Positions 8,996 through 19,906 of a DNA stretch of 64,000 bases are shown piece by piece (the stretch's first letter is position 1; the number at the start of each line of letters is the position of its first letter). The notes below the pieces were generated by a model. That model saw only the letters and a list, made by a program, of their open reading frames with translations, ran no database searches and had not been told where the DNA came from. A program made the translations under genes and the position numbers. Source of the DNA: an uncultured Phycisphaerales bacterium (GTDB lineage Bacteria > Planctomycetota > Phycisphaerae > Sedimentisphaerales > Anaerobacaceae); the NCBI GenBank assembly GCA_963772725.1, contig CAVYYI010000001.1:160001-224000 (forward strand), written 5' to 3'.

Positions 8996-10951
8996 TCAAT
9001 CTTGTATTGCCAGTGCGATGCGGAATATTGCCCCTGTCGGTTTGGCGGTAACTATCTCAACAAAACCATTATGTGCCTCGGCGAATTTTTTCACCAGTGC
9101 AAGTCCCAGCCCCGTTCCGGCGGTTTCACGCGTCGATTCAGCCTCACATCTATAAAACTGGTCGAACACTTTTTTCCTTTGATAACGCGGTATCCCCGGC
9201 CCGCGGTCTTCGACCTCTATTATAATATATTTGCTTTCGCTGCGTGTCCGCACAATAACAGTTTTATTCCCCGCGTTGCGTGCGTACTTAATCGCGTTGT
9301 CCAGCAGGTTCACAACTATCTGCGTAACCGCGTCGTGGTCGAAAGCCGCCTGTCCGCATTGTCCGAAATCAGTCTGTATCGAAAAGCCGTTCTGCTCCGC
9401 GTAAGGCGTCATCATTTTAATCACCGCCGCGATACATTGATTTATATCGCCGAGTGTGAATGAATACTTCTTTTTGCCCCTTTGTATTCTCGAAAAGTCC
9501 AGTACGTTTTCTATCAGGCGGCTTAACCTTTCACTTTCCTGACGCATATTCGTGTAATATTCCGCCTGCTTATCCTGCGATTTGACCCAGTTCTTTTCAA
9601 GCATTTCAGAATACATTCGTATCGAGGTCAGCGGCGTCCTTAGTTCGTGTGACACCGCCGATATGAAATCATCCTTTTTCTGTGCCAGCTTTAACTGAGC
9701 CGCCGCGTTTCGCCACAAACTCAAAAGACCCAGTGTTACCGCCAGAAACACCACCGCGATAATACTGAAATACCAGTTCCGCAGCTGACTTATTTGTTTT
9801 GTTATCCAGCCTGGGTCTGTCTCGCTCAGATTCAATACTAAATCACCAAATCCGAAATTCAAAATCGCCGCGTAAGTTGCGTCATCTTTTGGGCTTTGTG
9901 AAAGTTTGAAATCCATCCCTTTTCGTGTCTTCATAGCCGCTGCCGCTGAACCGCGTATCTCATTAATCAGCTTTTCAGTATCAAGCTGAAAGCCCTGCAG
10001 AAAATGCCTTCCTTCGATCTGAACGCGTCTTAAAAGAAAAACCTGTCCGTCAAAAAATGAAGATTCCCCATTTTTGCCTGCCACAATTATCGGGACAAAC
10101 GGCTCGATTTTTATCTCGATGGTTTCACTCTGCCTTTTCGAATTAATCTCCTGTGGCATAATAATGTCGTCCATCATACTATCTGATTGTGCCGCTTTTA
10201 ATTTATTCTCGCCTTCCGCCTCTATTTGAGAGTCGTTGCTTCTGGTATTTTCTGTGTTTTGCATCATATTTGACGCTGCTACCGCTCGCTGCTGCATAAC
10301 AACCTGAGCCTGCTGAGATTCCTGGGTTAAACTCTTAATAGGGTATTCTTTAGCCTGCTGATTGCTTCGCGATTTTGAGCCCGCTTGCCGATATACTTGC
10401 TCGGCTTTAGTTTGCGATTCACTTTGTGAAGGCCTGCGCACTTCTGAGGCCTGAGAAGCGGAAAAGGTAAAAGTGCCGCCTGCCATGTTTAATCGCGGCA
10501 GAAGGTTCCGTTCAAGATTCGCGATATAAGCTCTGGCCTTTTGTGAAAGGCCGTTTTTGTCCGCACCATTTACCTGGCCTCTGTCGTAATAAGGTGTAAT
10601 AATTGTGCCGTCCGATTCAATCTGGAAATATCCGTACGCGAGTCCCTGCTCCATACCGCCGGCTAGCGGTGAACGCAACAGCGGCATTTGCTGTACCTGC
10701 TGCTGTGCCGTATTTTCAGGCACGTAATAATACTGGTAATCGGTATAAGGCCGACTCTGCTCTTTCCTGATGAATTCATCGAGTTTGCGTTTAACATCCT
10801 GCCTGATTTGCTCTGCCGTAGCGGCGAATTCTCCCAGACGCGCACCATCCATTCCGCTGGCCTGAATTTCTATCGCGCGGTACCCTAGCCACGTTAGTCC
10901 CGCAAACGCACAAAAAATAATTACCGATAATATTATCAGCCGCCGATACAT
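8996..10951 (-). CDS. Membrane sensor histidine kinase
   Basis: Two TM segments, SHELRTPL, NLLDNAIKY, DRGPGI, GTGLGL. Confidence 0.95.
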   Translation of the reverse strand: MYRRLIILSVIIFCAFAGLTWLGYRAIEIQASGMDGARLGEFAATAEQIRQDVKRKLDEFIRKEQSRPYTDYQYYYVPENTAQQQVQQMPLLRSPLAGGMEQGLAYGYFQIESDGTIITPYYDRGQVNGADKNGLSQKARAYIANLERNLLPRLNMAGGTFTFSASQASEVRRPSQSESQTKAEQVYRQAGSKSRSNQQAKEYPIKSLTQESQQAQVVMQQRAVAASNMMQNTENTRSNDSQIEAEGENKLKAAQSDSMMDDIIMPQEINSKRQSETIEIKIEPFVPIIVAGKNGESSFFDGQVFLLRRVQIEGRHFLQGFQLDTEKLINEIRGSAAAAMKTRKGMDFKLSQSPKDDATYAAILNFGFGDLVLNLSETDPGWITKQISQLRNWYFSIIAVVFLAVTLGLLSLWRNAAAQLKLAQKKDDFISAVSHELRTPLTSIRMYSEMLEKNWVKSQDKQAEYYTNMRQESERLSRLIENVLDFSRIQRGKKKYSFTLGDINQCIAAVIKMMTPYAEQNGFSIQTDFGQCGQAAFDHDAVTQIVVNLLDNAIKYARNAGNKTVIVRTRSESKYIIIEVEDRGPGIPRYQRKKVFDQFYRCEAESTRETAGTGLGLALVKKFAEAHNGFVEIVTAKPTGAIFRIALAIQD

Positions 10952-10958
10952 AAAATTA

Positions 10959-11703
10959 TCATTCCCGATTACTTTTTAGCTTTTCCGTTTTGTTCTGAAC
11001 TTCATAGATATATCCTGCGCCTCTTACCGTTTTTATAATTTGCGGATTGTCTGTATCTTCCTCAAGTTTGCTTCTAAGTTTGGCGATGTGCATATCGACG
11101 GTGCGCGTGCCAAGTTCGCACATCGGCTCACCCCAGACTTTTTATAAAGTTCGGTCTCGTGTGATACGACGCGATTGGGATTGGCCGCGAAAAACTGAAT
11201 AATCTGCGCCTCGCGCTTGGTGATTTCCGATGCTCTTCTTTGCGATTGATGATCTTAAGCTTCGCCACATTCGACCTCCCATCGGCCGAACGTGAAACGA
11301 TGCCCCTACCTCCCTGTCCGGATCTGGTACGTCGCAAAATCGCCTCGATGCGGGCAAGCAGTTCTTCGAGCGAAAAGGGCTTTGTAATATAATCATCCGC
11401 GCCGAGGTTAAGGCCCGAGATTTTTTCTTTTTCCTGTCCTTTGGCTGTAAGCATGATAATCGGCGTTTGCAGACCATCCTGCCGCCATTTTGTGCAAAGC
11501 TGCTCGCCGCTGATCTTTGGCAGCATCAGATCGAGCAGAATCAAATCGAACTCGCTTATCCTTGACGACTGTTCGCCGCCTCAAGCCCGTCGGCCGCCTC
11601 AGCGGCCGTATAGCCGTGAAATTCGAGAAAATCCCGCAGCCCGCCGCGAATCTTCGGCTCATCCTCAACGATCAGAAATGCGTACCTTTTGTTCTGTTGT
11701 CAT
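10959..11703 (-). CDS. OmpR/PhoB-family response regulator (several frameshifts)
   Basis: Fragments [52 protein letters not shown]; start MTTEQK at 11703. Confidence 0.85.
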
Positions 11704-11739
11704 ACCCTAATTATAAATACTTCTTCGGCAAAATGCTGT

Positions 11740-11787
11740 GTAAAATTATTGTAAAATCGCATCGCATATTATTTACATCCATTTTAC
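11740..11787. promoter_or_regulatory. Two oppositely oriented GTAAA-N6-GTAAA tandem boxes, putative binding sites of the adjacent OmpR-type regulator
   Basis: GTAAAAT at 11740 and 11751; TTTAC at 11772 and 11783; 11-bp period in a divergent intergenic region. Confidence 0.55.
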
Positions 11788-11865
11788 TTGGATCCAGCCG
11801 CTCCGCAAGCCATAATTTAAGCAGTGGAAAATAAATATTATCGGTTTTTTTGAAAGGAAAACAAA

Positions 11866-13188
11866 ATGGAAACTTCAAGAAAGATTATGTTAATGCTATT
11901 TGTTGTTTTTTTGTCGGGGACTTTCAGCAGGGCGTTTGCCGCCTCGGTAAAAGTTGACGCCGACCTGGCCAAACTCGTGATGCTCGCCGACAAAAAAGGA
12001 ACCAACTACCTCAAAATTGCCGTTAAAGGCTTGGCTGTCCCCGATATTTGCTGCAAAAGAGCACCGGTTAATATCGCGATAGTCATCGACAAAAGCGGCT
12101 CGATGAGCGGTGAAAAAATTGAAAACGCCAAACAAGCCGCCATCAATGCCATCTGTCACCTCAACACCAGCGACATCGTTTCTGTCGTTACGTATGATTC
12201 TTGCGTTAACGTGGTCGTACCAGCGACACAGGTAACCGACAAGGATTACATCATCCGCAGGATTCAGCAGATAAACGCCGACAGCAGAACCGCCTTATAT
12301 GACGGCGTTTGCACAGGCGCAAAGGAACTGAGAAAATTCATCGAAGAAAATATGGTTAACCGCCTTATTCTGCTAAGCGATGGTCTGGCAAATATCGGCC
12401 CATCCAGCCCGCAGGAACTTGGCAGGCTCGGTGATAAACTCAGCAAAGAAAGAATTTCCGTTACTACTATCGGCATTGGTCTTGGTTACAACGAAGACCT
12501 TATGACTCAGCTTGCCTACAAAAGTGACGGCTCGCATTATTTCGTCGAAAAATCCTGTGGACTCACGAAGATTTTCGACATCATCTTCGGCAATGTAATC
12601 AGCACCGTCGCCCAGGAAATCCAGATAGAAATAAACTGTGCCGCCGGAGTTAGACCCGTGAAACTCCTCGGCAGGCAAGGCACGATTAAAGGACAAAAAG
12701 TTACCGCCTGCATCAGTCAGCTCAACACCCAGAATCAGAAATTCATCCTGCTTGAAGTTGAAGTCCCCGCCGGCGAGGATTGTCAGAGTCAGCGTATCGC
12801 CGATGTCAAAGTAACTTATGATGACCTTTCCTCGCATACCCCAAAAACTACTTGCAAAACTATCGATGTCCGCTTCTCCGATTCCGCCCACCAGGTTGAA
12901 TCGTCCACAAATCGCAGTGTAATGGCTGACGTCGTGGAACTCACCGCCACCCAGCGCAACGAACTGGCCCTCGAACTCAGGGATAAAGGCAGAGCCGAGG
13001 ATGCCCGCAGAATCTTAACAGAAAATGAAAGCTATCTCCGAGGCGGTGCCGTGATGTATGACAGCAAAAAACTTGCCGATTACGCTAAAAGCCAGCGAGA
13101 GGACTGTGATAATATGGATGAAGCGAACTGGTCCAGGCAGCGAAAATTAATGCGAGCAGGGCAGGCCGCAAACAACCTACAGCAGTAA
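11866..13188 (+). CDS. Exported von Willebrand factor A domain protein (YfbK-like)
   Basis: Signal peptide, VIDKSGSM MIDAS motif, TALY, LLSDGLAN. Confidence 0.9.
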   Translation: METSRKIMLMLFVVFLSGTFSRAFAASVKVDADLAKLVMLADKKGTNYLKIAVKGLAVPDICCKRAPVNIAIVIDKSGSMSGEKIENAKQAAINAICHLNTSDIVSVVTYDSCVNVVVPATQVTDKDYIIRRIQQINADSRTALYDGVCTGAKELRKFIEENMVNRLILLSDGLANIGPSSPQELGRLGDKLSKERISVTTIGIGLGYNEDLMTQLAYKSDGSHYFVEKSCGLTKIFDIIFGNVISTVAQEIQIEINCAAGVRPVKLLGRQGTIKGQKVTACISQLNTQNQKFILLEVEVPAGEDCQSQRIADVKVTYDDLSSHTPKTTCKTIDVRFSDSAHQVESSTNRSVMADVVELTATQRNELALELRDKGRAEDARRILTENESYLRGGAVMYDSKKLADYAKSQREDCDNMDEANWSRQRKLMRAGQAANNLQQ

Positions 13189-13228
13189 ACCATTTTCCAA
13201 AAACTTATATCAATCGAAAGGATGAACA

Positions 13229-15010
13229 ATGAAAACCTCAAAAATAAAATTAAAACTTCTGATTCTTGTTCTATGTCTATTTTCTCAAAGCGCACTGGCT
13301 CAGCAGCTTTCGGGGACAATAGAGAAAGTTATTGTCTATCGCGGACAGGCTCTTATCGCCCGCCGGGTCGAAGTTGATTTGCCGCAGGGAACATCCGAGC
13401 TTGTCGTAAACAATCTGCCTGCACAAATTGTCCCGGAAAGTCTTTATGCCCAGACTGACGACAGCTTAACGGTCCTGAGTGTGCGTTATCGCGAAAGGGC
13501 AGTCAAAGGCGATACGAGGGAGGAAGTCCGCCAGCTTGACAAACAAATCAATGAATTAAAAAGCAATCTGTACCATGCCGAAAGAAAGAAACAGCATTTG
13601 GATAATCAGTGGTCAATGTTTATAAGCCTTCGCGATTTCACTGTTACTGCGGAAAAGACTGACCTGAAACAGGGCCTTTTATCCTTTAAGCCGGTTAGCG
13701 AACTTGCAGAATTCATCCAGAAAAAAGGTCAGGAGTATATTGATCAGACTCTCGGATATGAGGACCAGATTGCCGAATTAAAGGAAAACCTCGAACTGCT
13801 CAATCGCAAGCGTGCTGAAATTGACGCGGGCAGGTCACGCAATGAACGTGAGGCTGTCTTGTTTCTTAACAGCCATTCAGGGAAAAAAGCCTCCATATTA
13901 TTAAACTACCTTGTCAATGGTGCTAACTGGGTACCGCAGTATAATCTTCGTGCCAATCCGGAGAAATCCAGCATCCAGATTGAATATAATGCCGTTGTTC
14001 ATCAGGCAAGCGGTGAAAACTGGGATGGCGTCTCTTTAAGTCTTTCAACCGCTGAACCGTCTATGGTTGCCGCGCCGCCGGTACTTGAGCCTATGATGGT
14101 AAGACTTGCTTCTGGTCTCCAGATAACAATAGAAGACGGACCACGTTCTCAAACGCAACAGATGGCAATGGCGCAGAACGAGAAGGGCCAAAGCAAAAGT
14201 GAGTCATTCAAAGCACTTTCGCAATCGCGAATAATTGAATCTAAAAAAGGCAAGGTTGCTGAGAGACGCCTGAATGAAATTGCCAACGAAAATCAGGCGA
14301 TTATATTTAACGCTGATATGAAAGCCGCTGAGGAACTTCAAAAACAGGTCGCTGAAATTACAAGAACAGAAGGTGTCAGCATTACATATCTTTTGCCCGG
14401 CAGACTTTCGCTGCCCAGCAGAAACGACCAGTAGCTTGTAACCATTGCCTCAATACCCACTAAAGCTGAATTTACTTTGCTGGCGACTCCGCTTCTGACC
14501 GATTATGTCTATTTACAGGCCGATATGCTAAACAGCAGTGAAACCGTGCTTCTGCCCGGCGCAGCGAGCATTTTTCGCAACAACGAATTCGTAGGTAAAG
14601 GCAATGTGCCGATAGTTACCATAGGCGAGAAATTTACTGCCGGTTTTGGTATAGATTCGCAGGTGCGTGTTGTCCGTGAGCTTGAGAACAAGCAAACCCG
14701 AATCCAGGGCGGAAACCGCATAGACACATATAACTATCGCATAACTCTTAACAATTATAAAGATACCGAAGTTCCATTGAGGCTCCTTGACAGACTCCCA
14801 TATACCGATGATGCTTCAGTTAAAATAGAGATAGAAAAGACCGATACCGATTTGAGTAAAGACAGCGAATATCAAAACACCGGCCGCAAGAAGGGAATTT
14901 TACGCTGGGACCTGAACCTCAAACCGAAGTCTATTGACCAGACCGCAACCGTTGTTAAGTACAGTTTCACAATGGAATATGACAAGAATATGCATATAAG
15001 CTCACATTAA
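13229..15010 (+). CDS. DUF4140/DUF4139 (MuiA-like) exported protein interrupted by an in-frame TAG at 14432-14434
   Basis: VIVYRGQALI, coiled coil, ANWVPQY, QASGENW, LLPGAASIF, FGID; the two ORFs share one frame. Confidence 0.85.
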
Positions 15011-15054
15011 TTACTCTGATTTTGCGGGAAAATTTTGTATGCCGTGAATAATTA

Positions 15055-15081
15055 GCCCCCGGATTTATTCCGGGGGTTTTT
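15055..15081 (+). terminator. Intrinsic terminator or REP-like hairpin
   Basis: GCCCCCGGA-TTTAT-TCCGGGGGT followed by a T run. Confidence 0.75.
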
Positions 15082-15383
15082 GTTTACCTGAGCAAATCCG
15101 TCCTGGGTATCATCGAATGAATCGAACTGTTATCCAGCCTAATTTAATACTCCAGCCACAGCCGGTTTTCGCATATTATCGCAAGGTCATTCATACCGAT
15201 AAATCCGTCACGGTCAATACCGAAACTCGAAATCCCAAACTAATATTATCCGCAGATACTGTCCTGCGAAGTAGTTCGCTGCATAGCACGAGTTAACGCA
15301 GACTGACACAGATTAAAAAAATTAACCCCGGATTAACAAAAGGTTGACGAATGGTCTTTAAAAAGTTAGTATTGCGGAGTGTT

Positions 15384-15500
15384 GTGAATAACTATATCTG
15401 CAAACTTGAAAAGATGCCTGGCTGACTGGTTCGGCCATTGCTTATACGTAGGCCGAAGAAGAAAAAGGGAAATGGTAATCTGGAGAACGAAAAGCGGTAA
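15384..15500 (+). pseudogene. Possible 3' remnant of an IS200-like/REP-associated Y1 transposase
   Basis: VNNYICKLEKMPG*LVRPLLIRRPKKKK resembles the C-terminus of such proteins as recalled; followed immediately by CTGTCCCC. Confidence 0.35.
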
Positions 15501-15569
15501 CTGTCCCCATTATTTCAATCAGTCAATTGTTAGCGCTCGTAAGGGAGTGCCAAGGAAAGGACAACATTA

Positions 15570-15932
15570 ATGAACTTTGAAAAAATCTCTATAAAAATTT
15601 CTAAAAACGACCTCAATGTGCAATTTGAGCCAGAATTAATGGAAATTCGTACGATTCCAATTGAAATGATTTTAGATTTTGATGAATTTGGCAAAATACT
15701 CGGCTTAGAAATTATTAGCCTTAAAGCCGTATTAGGAGATGTAGATTTGCAAAGTGTTATAAATAAAAAAAAGATTGATTCACCTGATTTTCATTGTAGT
15801 TATGACGAAGAATGTGACTGTTTTTCTCTACAGCTTTCTAAAGGGCGGTCAATCAATCAAAAAGAAGTTGATGGGACAGTTTCGCTTGATTCTCATAATC
15901 GTGTCGTTGCATTGAATGCCAAGTTTGATTAA
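15570..15932 (+). CDS. DUF2283-like protein (two repeats)
   Basis: ILDFDEFGKILGLEII and YDEECDCFSLQL...VSLDSHNRVVAL motifs; AAGGA RBS. Confidence 0.65.
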   Translation: MNFEKISIKISKNDLNVQFEPELMEIRTIPIEMILDFDEFGKILGLEIISLKAVLGDVDLQSVINKKKIDSPDFHCSYDEECDCFSLQLSKGRSINQKEVDGTVSLDSHNRVVALNAKFD

Positions 15933-16170
15933 TAGCATCTATCTGTCCCTAACAAAAATTAAATCCGCGAGTTAAAGCGGCAGATTTGATAATATATGGT
16001 AAGCTACGCAAAAGAAAATCTGACACAGGAAAAAATCAGCGACATAAGCGGAATCAGCGATTCCATTTTGGATTGAAGAGGTTTTATGTTATAAGACTTT
16101 TTTATAGTGTCAATCTGTGTTAATCTGTGTCGAGAGTGGTTTTTAATACTGAAAATGCAGTTTTTAATGC

Positions 16171-16359
16171 TTACATTGCAGGAATGATAATTTACATTGC
16201 AGCGATGTAAATTTACATTGAGCCATTGCAGATTTACATTTAGCCAATGTAATTTTGCAGTTAATGGATGTAAATTGACATTGTGCCGATGAAGATTTGC
16301 ATTGGGTCGCTGTAAATCAACAGCTTGCCGCTGTAAATTTGCATTGTCTCGATGTGAAC
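16171..16359. repeat. Degenerate 21-bp tandem repeat, about 9 units
   Basis: Units such as TTACATTGCAGCGATGTAAAT; heptad repeats (NVNL.../NANL...) in the minus-strand ORF 16004-16420. Confidence 0.8.
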
Positions 16360-16578
16360 TTGATATGTCGCATATTAAGTGTGGAATGCGACAGAGCAAA
16401 TATGAAATTAGGCTTAGCAAGTGTCAAAATGGCAGGAAAAATATGCAAAATTATTCGGACTTAATATCGGTTAAGGGTGGAGATAAAAGGGAGATAAAAT
16501 GGTTGACAAAAGCGAAAGAGGGGTTATATTCATAATAGAAACGCGGCTAAGGTTAATAAGTAAGATTTGGAAAGGAAT

Positions 16579-18496
16579 ATGGCGAAAATAACGTTGCCAG
16601 ACGGCAGTATCCGGGAAGTTTCGGATGGTACGACTGTAAAACAGGTGGCGGAAGGGATAAGTGCCGGTCTAGCGCGGGCGGCGGTAGCGGCGAAGGTTAA
16701 CGGGCAGATGGTTGATTTGTCGGTGCCAATCACGGGGGATTCAGAAATTGTTATAATCACGTCGAAAGACGCAGAGGGAGTGAAGATAATCCGGCATAGC
16801 TGTGCGCATATAATGGCCGAGGCGATATGCAGTTTGTGGCCGGCAGCGAAGCTGGTTTACGGGCCTACGGTCGAAGAGGGTTTTTATTACGATATAGACC
16901 TCGATGAGCCGATACGTCCGACGGATTTTGAACGGATTGAGGCGAAGATGGCTGAAATCGTCAAAGGCGGACAGGCCTTTTGTGCGGAAAGAAATGAGTC
17001 GCAAAGACGCCATGACGAAGATGGCCGGCGATAAATATAAGCTGGATAATATTCAGCGGGCTGAGGGGGAGACGATAAGTTTTTATTCGCAGGGCGATGG
17101 TTTTGAAGACCTTTGCCGGGGGCCACATATTCCTTCGACGGGCAGGTGTGGGAGTTTTAAGATAATGTCGGTGGCGGGGGCGTACTGGCATGGCGACGCG
17201 ACGCAGAAGATGCTTCAGCGGGTGTACGGTACGGCTTGGGCGAGCAAGAAAGAGCTTGATGAATATATTCAACGGCTTGAAGAGGCGAAGAAACGCGACC
17301 ACCGGGTTATTGGCAGGCAGATGGATTTGTTCAGCTTTAATGATGCGGGGCCTGGCTTTGCGTTTATGCATGCCAACGGGATGATTATCTGGAATTCGAT
17401 TGTTGATTTCTGGCGGAGTGTTCATACGAAATACGGTTACAGTGAAATTAAGACACCGATAATTCTTAATGAGGAACTGTGGCATAAGAGCGGTCACTGG
17501 GACAACTACAAAGAGAATATGTATTTCACGGAGATAGACGGTGCGACTTACGCGATAAAGCCGATGAATTGTCCTGGCGGGTGTCTGATTTATAAGTCGA
17601 ATCAGCATTCGTATCGGGAATTTCCGCTGAGGGCGGCGGAGCTTGGTCTGGTGCACCGGCATGAGGCCAGCGGTGTGATGCATGGGCTATTCAGGGTCAG
17701 GCAGTTTACGCAGGATGATGCGCATATTTTCTGCACGCCGGAACAGATTGAGGCGGAGATAATCGGTGTAATCGAATTGACGTTCGAGATATATAAGGCG
17801 TTCGGTTTCGAGGATTTTCATATTGAGCTATCGACCAAGCCGGAAAAGCACATCGGTTCGGATGAGATATGGGACATCGCGACAAACGCCTTAAAAAGGG
17901 CGATGGAGCATAAGAAGATTCAATACAAGATAAATGAAGGCGACGGGGCGTTTTACGGGCCTAAGATAGATTTTCATGTCAACGATTGTTTGAAGAGGTC
18001 GTGGCAGCTTGGGACGATACAGCTTGATTTTTCGATGCCTCAGCGGTTCGGGCTTGTTTATATCGACAAGGATAATACAGAGGAAACTCCTGTTATGATT
18101 CACAGGGCGGTACTCGGCTCATTCGAGAGGTTTATCGGGATAATCATCGAGCATTACGCGGGAAATATGCCGATGTGGCTTGCTCCGGAGCAGGTGAGGA
18201 TTCTTACGATAAGCGAGAAAACCAACGATTACGCCAGGGCGGTTTATGATAAGCTTCGCGGCGGCGGGATTCGCTGCACGATGGATTTATCTGATGAAAA
18301 AATAAACGCCAAGATAGCCAAGGCGCACAGCGAGAGGGTGGCGTATATGCTTGTTGTGGGGCCGAAAGAAGCACAGGATGAGGCGGTGAACGTAAGAATA
18401 AGAGGCAGCAGGGAGAACAAGACGATAAAGAGTGAGGAATTTCTGAGAACGGCAAAACAGAAAATTGCCGATAAAACAATAGATTTGGGATTGTAG
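16579..18496 (+). CDS. thrS: Threonine--tRNA ligase (one frameshift near 16970)
   Basis: TGS domain, RHSCAH, DLCRGPH, RDHR, KPMNCP, GAFYGPK, IHRA. Confidence 0.97.
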
Positions 18497-18574
18497 TCGA
18501 TAGTTGAAAAGCTGTTCGAAATTATTCAATTATCGGGAATAAATAGTTAATTAAGAAAGGTAAGGTGATTAACA

Positions 18575-19090
18575 ATTAGCAAAATAGGATTGAGAATAAA
18601 TGGTCAGATTCGCGCCGAGACAGTTCGGCTGATAGACGAAGCGAATAATCAAGTGGGGGTAGTAGAAAGATACATAGCGATGGGTAAGGCCCGTGAGGCT
18701 GGGCTTGACCTTGTGGAGGTGTCACCGACAAGCGACCCGCCTGTTTGCAGAGTTATGGATTACGGCAAATGGGTTTATGAGCAGAAGCGCAAAGTCAGGG
18801 AAGGGCGAAAAAAAAGCCAGCAGCATAGCGCGGTATTAAAGGAAATCCGGCTGAGGCCTGAGACCGACAAACATGACATTGGAATCAAGGTTGACCATGC
18901 GAAGAAGTTCCTGGAAAAGGGACATAAAGTGCAGTTCACGATGCTGTTTAGAGGTCGGGAAATGCTGCACCAGGATTTGGCGCAGGAGACGCTCAAGGGT
19001 ATTGCCGAATCGCTTGAAGAGGTGGGCAAAATCGAACGAATGGACCGGATGACCAATAAGCGGATGGGTCTGCTGATGGTTCCGAAGTAA
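18575..19090 (+). CDS. infC: Translation initiation factor IF-3 with an ATT start codon
   Basis: LRINGQIRA, LDLVEV, PPVCRVMDYGK, FRGRE; in-frame ATT at 18575 preceded by AAGGTGA. Confidence 0.95.
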   Translation: MSKIGLRINGQIRAETVRLIDEANNQVGVVERYIAMGKAREAGLDLVEVSPTSDPPVCRVMDYGKWVYEQKRKVREGRKKSQQHSAVLKEIRLRPETDKHDIGIKVDHAKKFLEKGHKVQFTMLFRGREMLHQDLAQETLKGIAESLEEVGKIERMDRMTNKRMGLLMVPK

Positions 19091-19163
19091 TTGTAGCGAT
19101 TTTCCCATCGCAGGGCGGGCAAATACTCCTATTTCTGTTTTTTTACAGAATTTGCATTTGTTA

Positions 19164-19192
19164 TTGACTAACAGGTGTGAAGATGTTAAACT
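19164..19192 (+). promoter_or_regulatory. sigma70 promoter upstream of rpmI
   Basis: TTGACT-17 nt-TAAACT with an extended -10 TG. Confidence 0.55.
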
Positions 19193-19242
19193 ACCCGTTT
19201 CATAATTTTTGTATGTTTCAAAGTCTTTTAAGGAATTATTAA

Positions 19243-19440
19243 ATGCCGAAACAGAAAACCCATAAAGGTTTGGCCAAAAGAGTAAAAGTAACAGGTACCG
19301 GTAAAGTCAGGTTTAAACGGTCTTTTGGCGGTCACCTGATGAGTACGAAGAGCGCAAAGCGTCGCAGACATATTTCGAGTCCTGCGGTTATGTCGGAAGT
19401 ATTTGCCAAAAAGGCGTTAATTAAACTTGGTAAGGACTAA
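19243..19440 (+). CDS. rpmI: 50S ribosomal protein L35
   Basis: MPKQKTHKGLAKRVKVTGTGKV; operon context. Confidence 0.97.
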   Translation: MPKQKTHKGLAKRVKVTGTGKVRFKRSFGGHLMSTKSAKRRRHISSPAVMSEVFAKKALIKLGKD

Positions 19441-19543
19441 GTTTTAGTAAATAACAGGAATGAGGCTTGCTTCTCGGCTTCTCATCAGCTGCCGCCAGTG
19501 AGCCGTAAATTTTTTAACAAATCAAGAGTAAAGGAAAGCTGAT

Positions 19544-19899
19544 ATGACAAGAGCAGTAAAAGGCGCGGGTCGCCGTAAAGCGAGAAAAAGGATAATGAAG
19601 GCGGTCAGCGGGCACCGGGCGCCCCGGGTCATCTGTACCGTTTGGCCAAAGAAGGTTTTGTGCGTGCCGGTGTGAACGCCAGAATCGGCCGTAAAAGAAG
19701 AAAGCGCGAATTCAGGGGTATTTGGATTAGCAGGTTAAATGCCGCATGTAAATTGCATGGTATGAGATACAGCCAGTTTATCGCCGGTTGCAAGAAGGCT
19801 AATATAGAAATTAATCGCAAGATGCTCAGTGAAATCGCAATTGCGGATCCAGCAGGTTTTGATGCTATTTTCGCGAAAGTCAAGGCAGTCGTCGCTTAA
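19544..19899 (+). CDS. rplT: 50S ribosomal protein L20 (frameshift near 19618, one G missing)
   Basis: MTRAVKG... followed by RKRRKREFRGIWISRLNAA, YSQFI, NRKMLSEIAI. Confidence 0.95.
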
Positions 19900-19906
19900 G
19901 GCCAAT

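Noticed and set aside
14432..14434. Pyrrolysine or recoded TAG
   Set aside because: No pyl genes are visible, and TAG ends other genes here (thrS, integrase).
16171..16359. CRISPR array
   Set aside because: Contiguous degenerate 21-mers with no unique spacers and no cas genes.
16904..17034. Programmed frameshift or split thrS
   Set aside because: No slippery site; indels are pervasive in this assembly.
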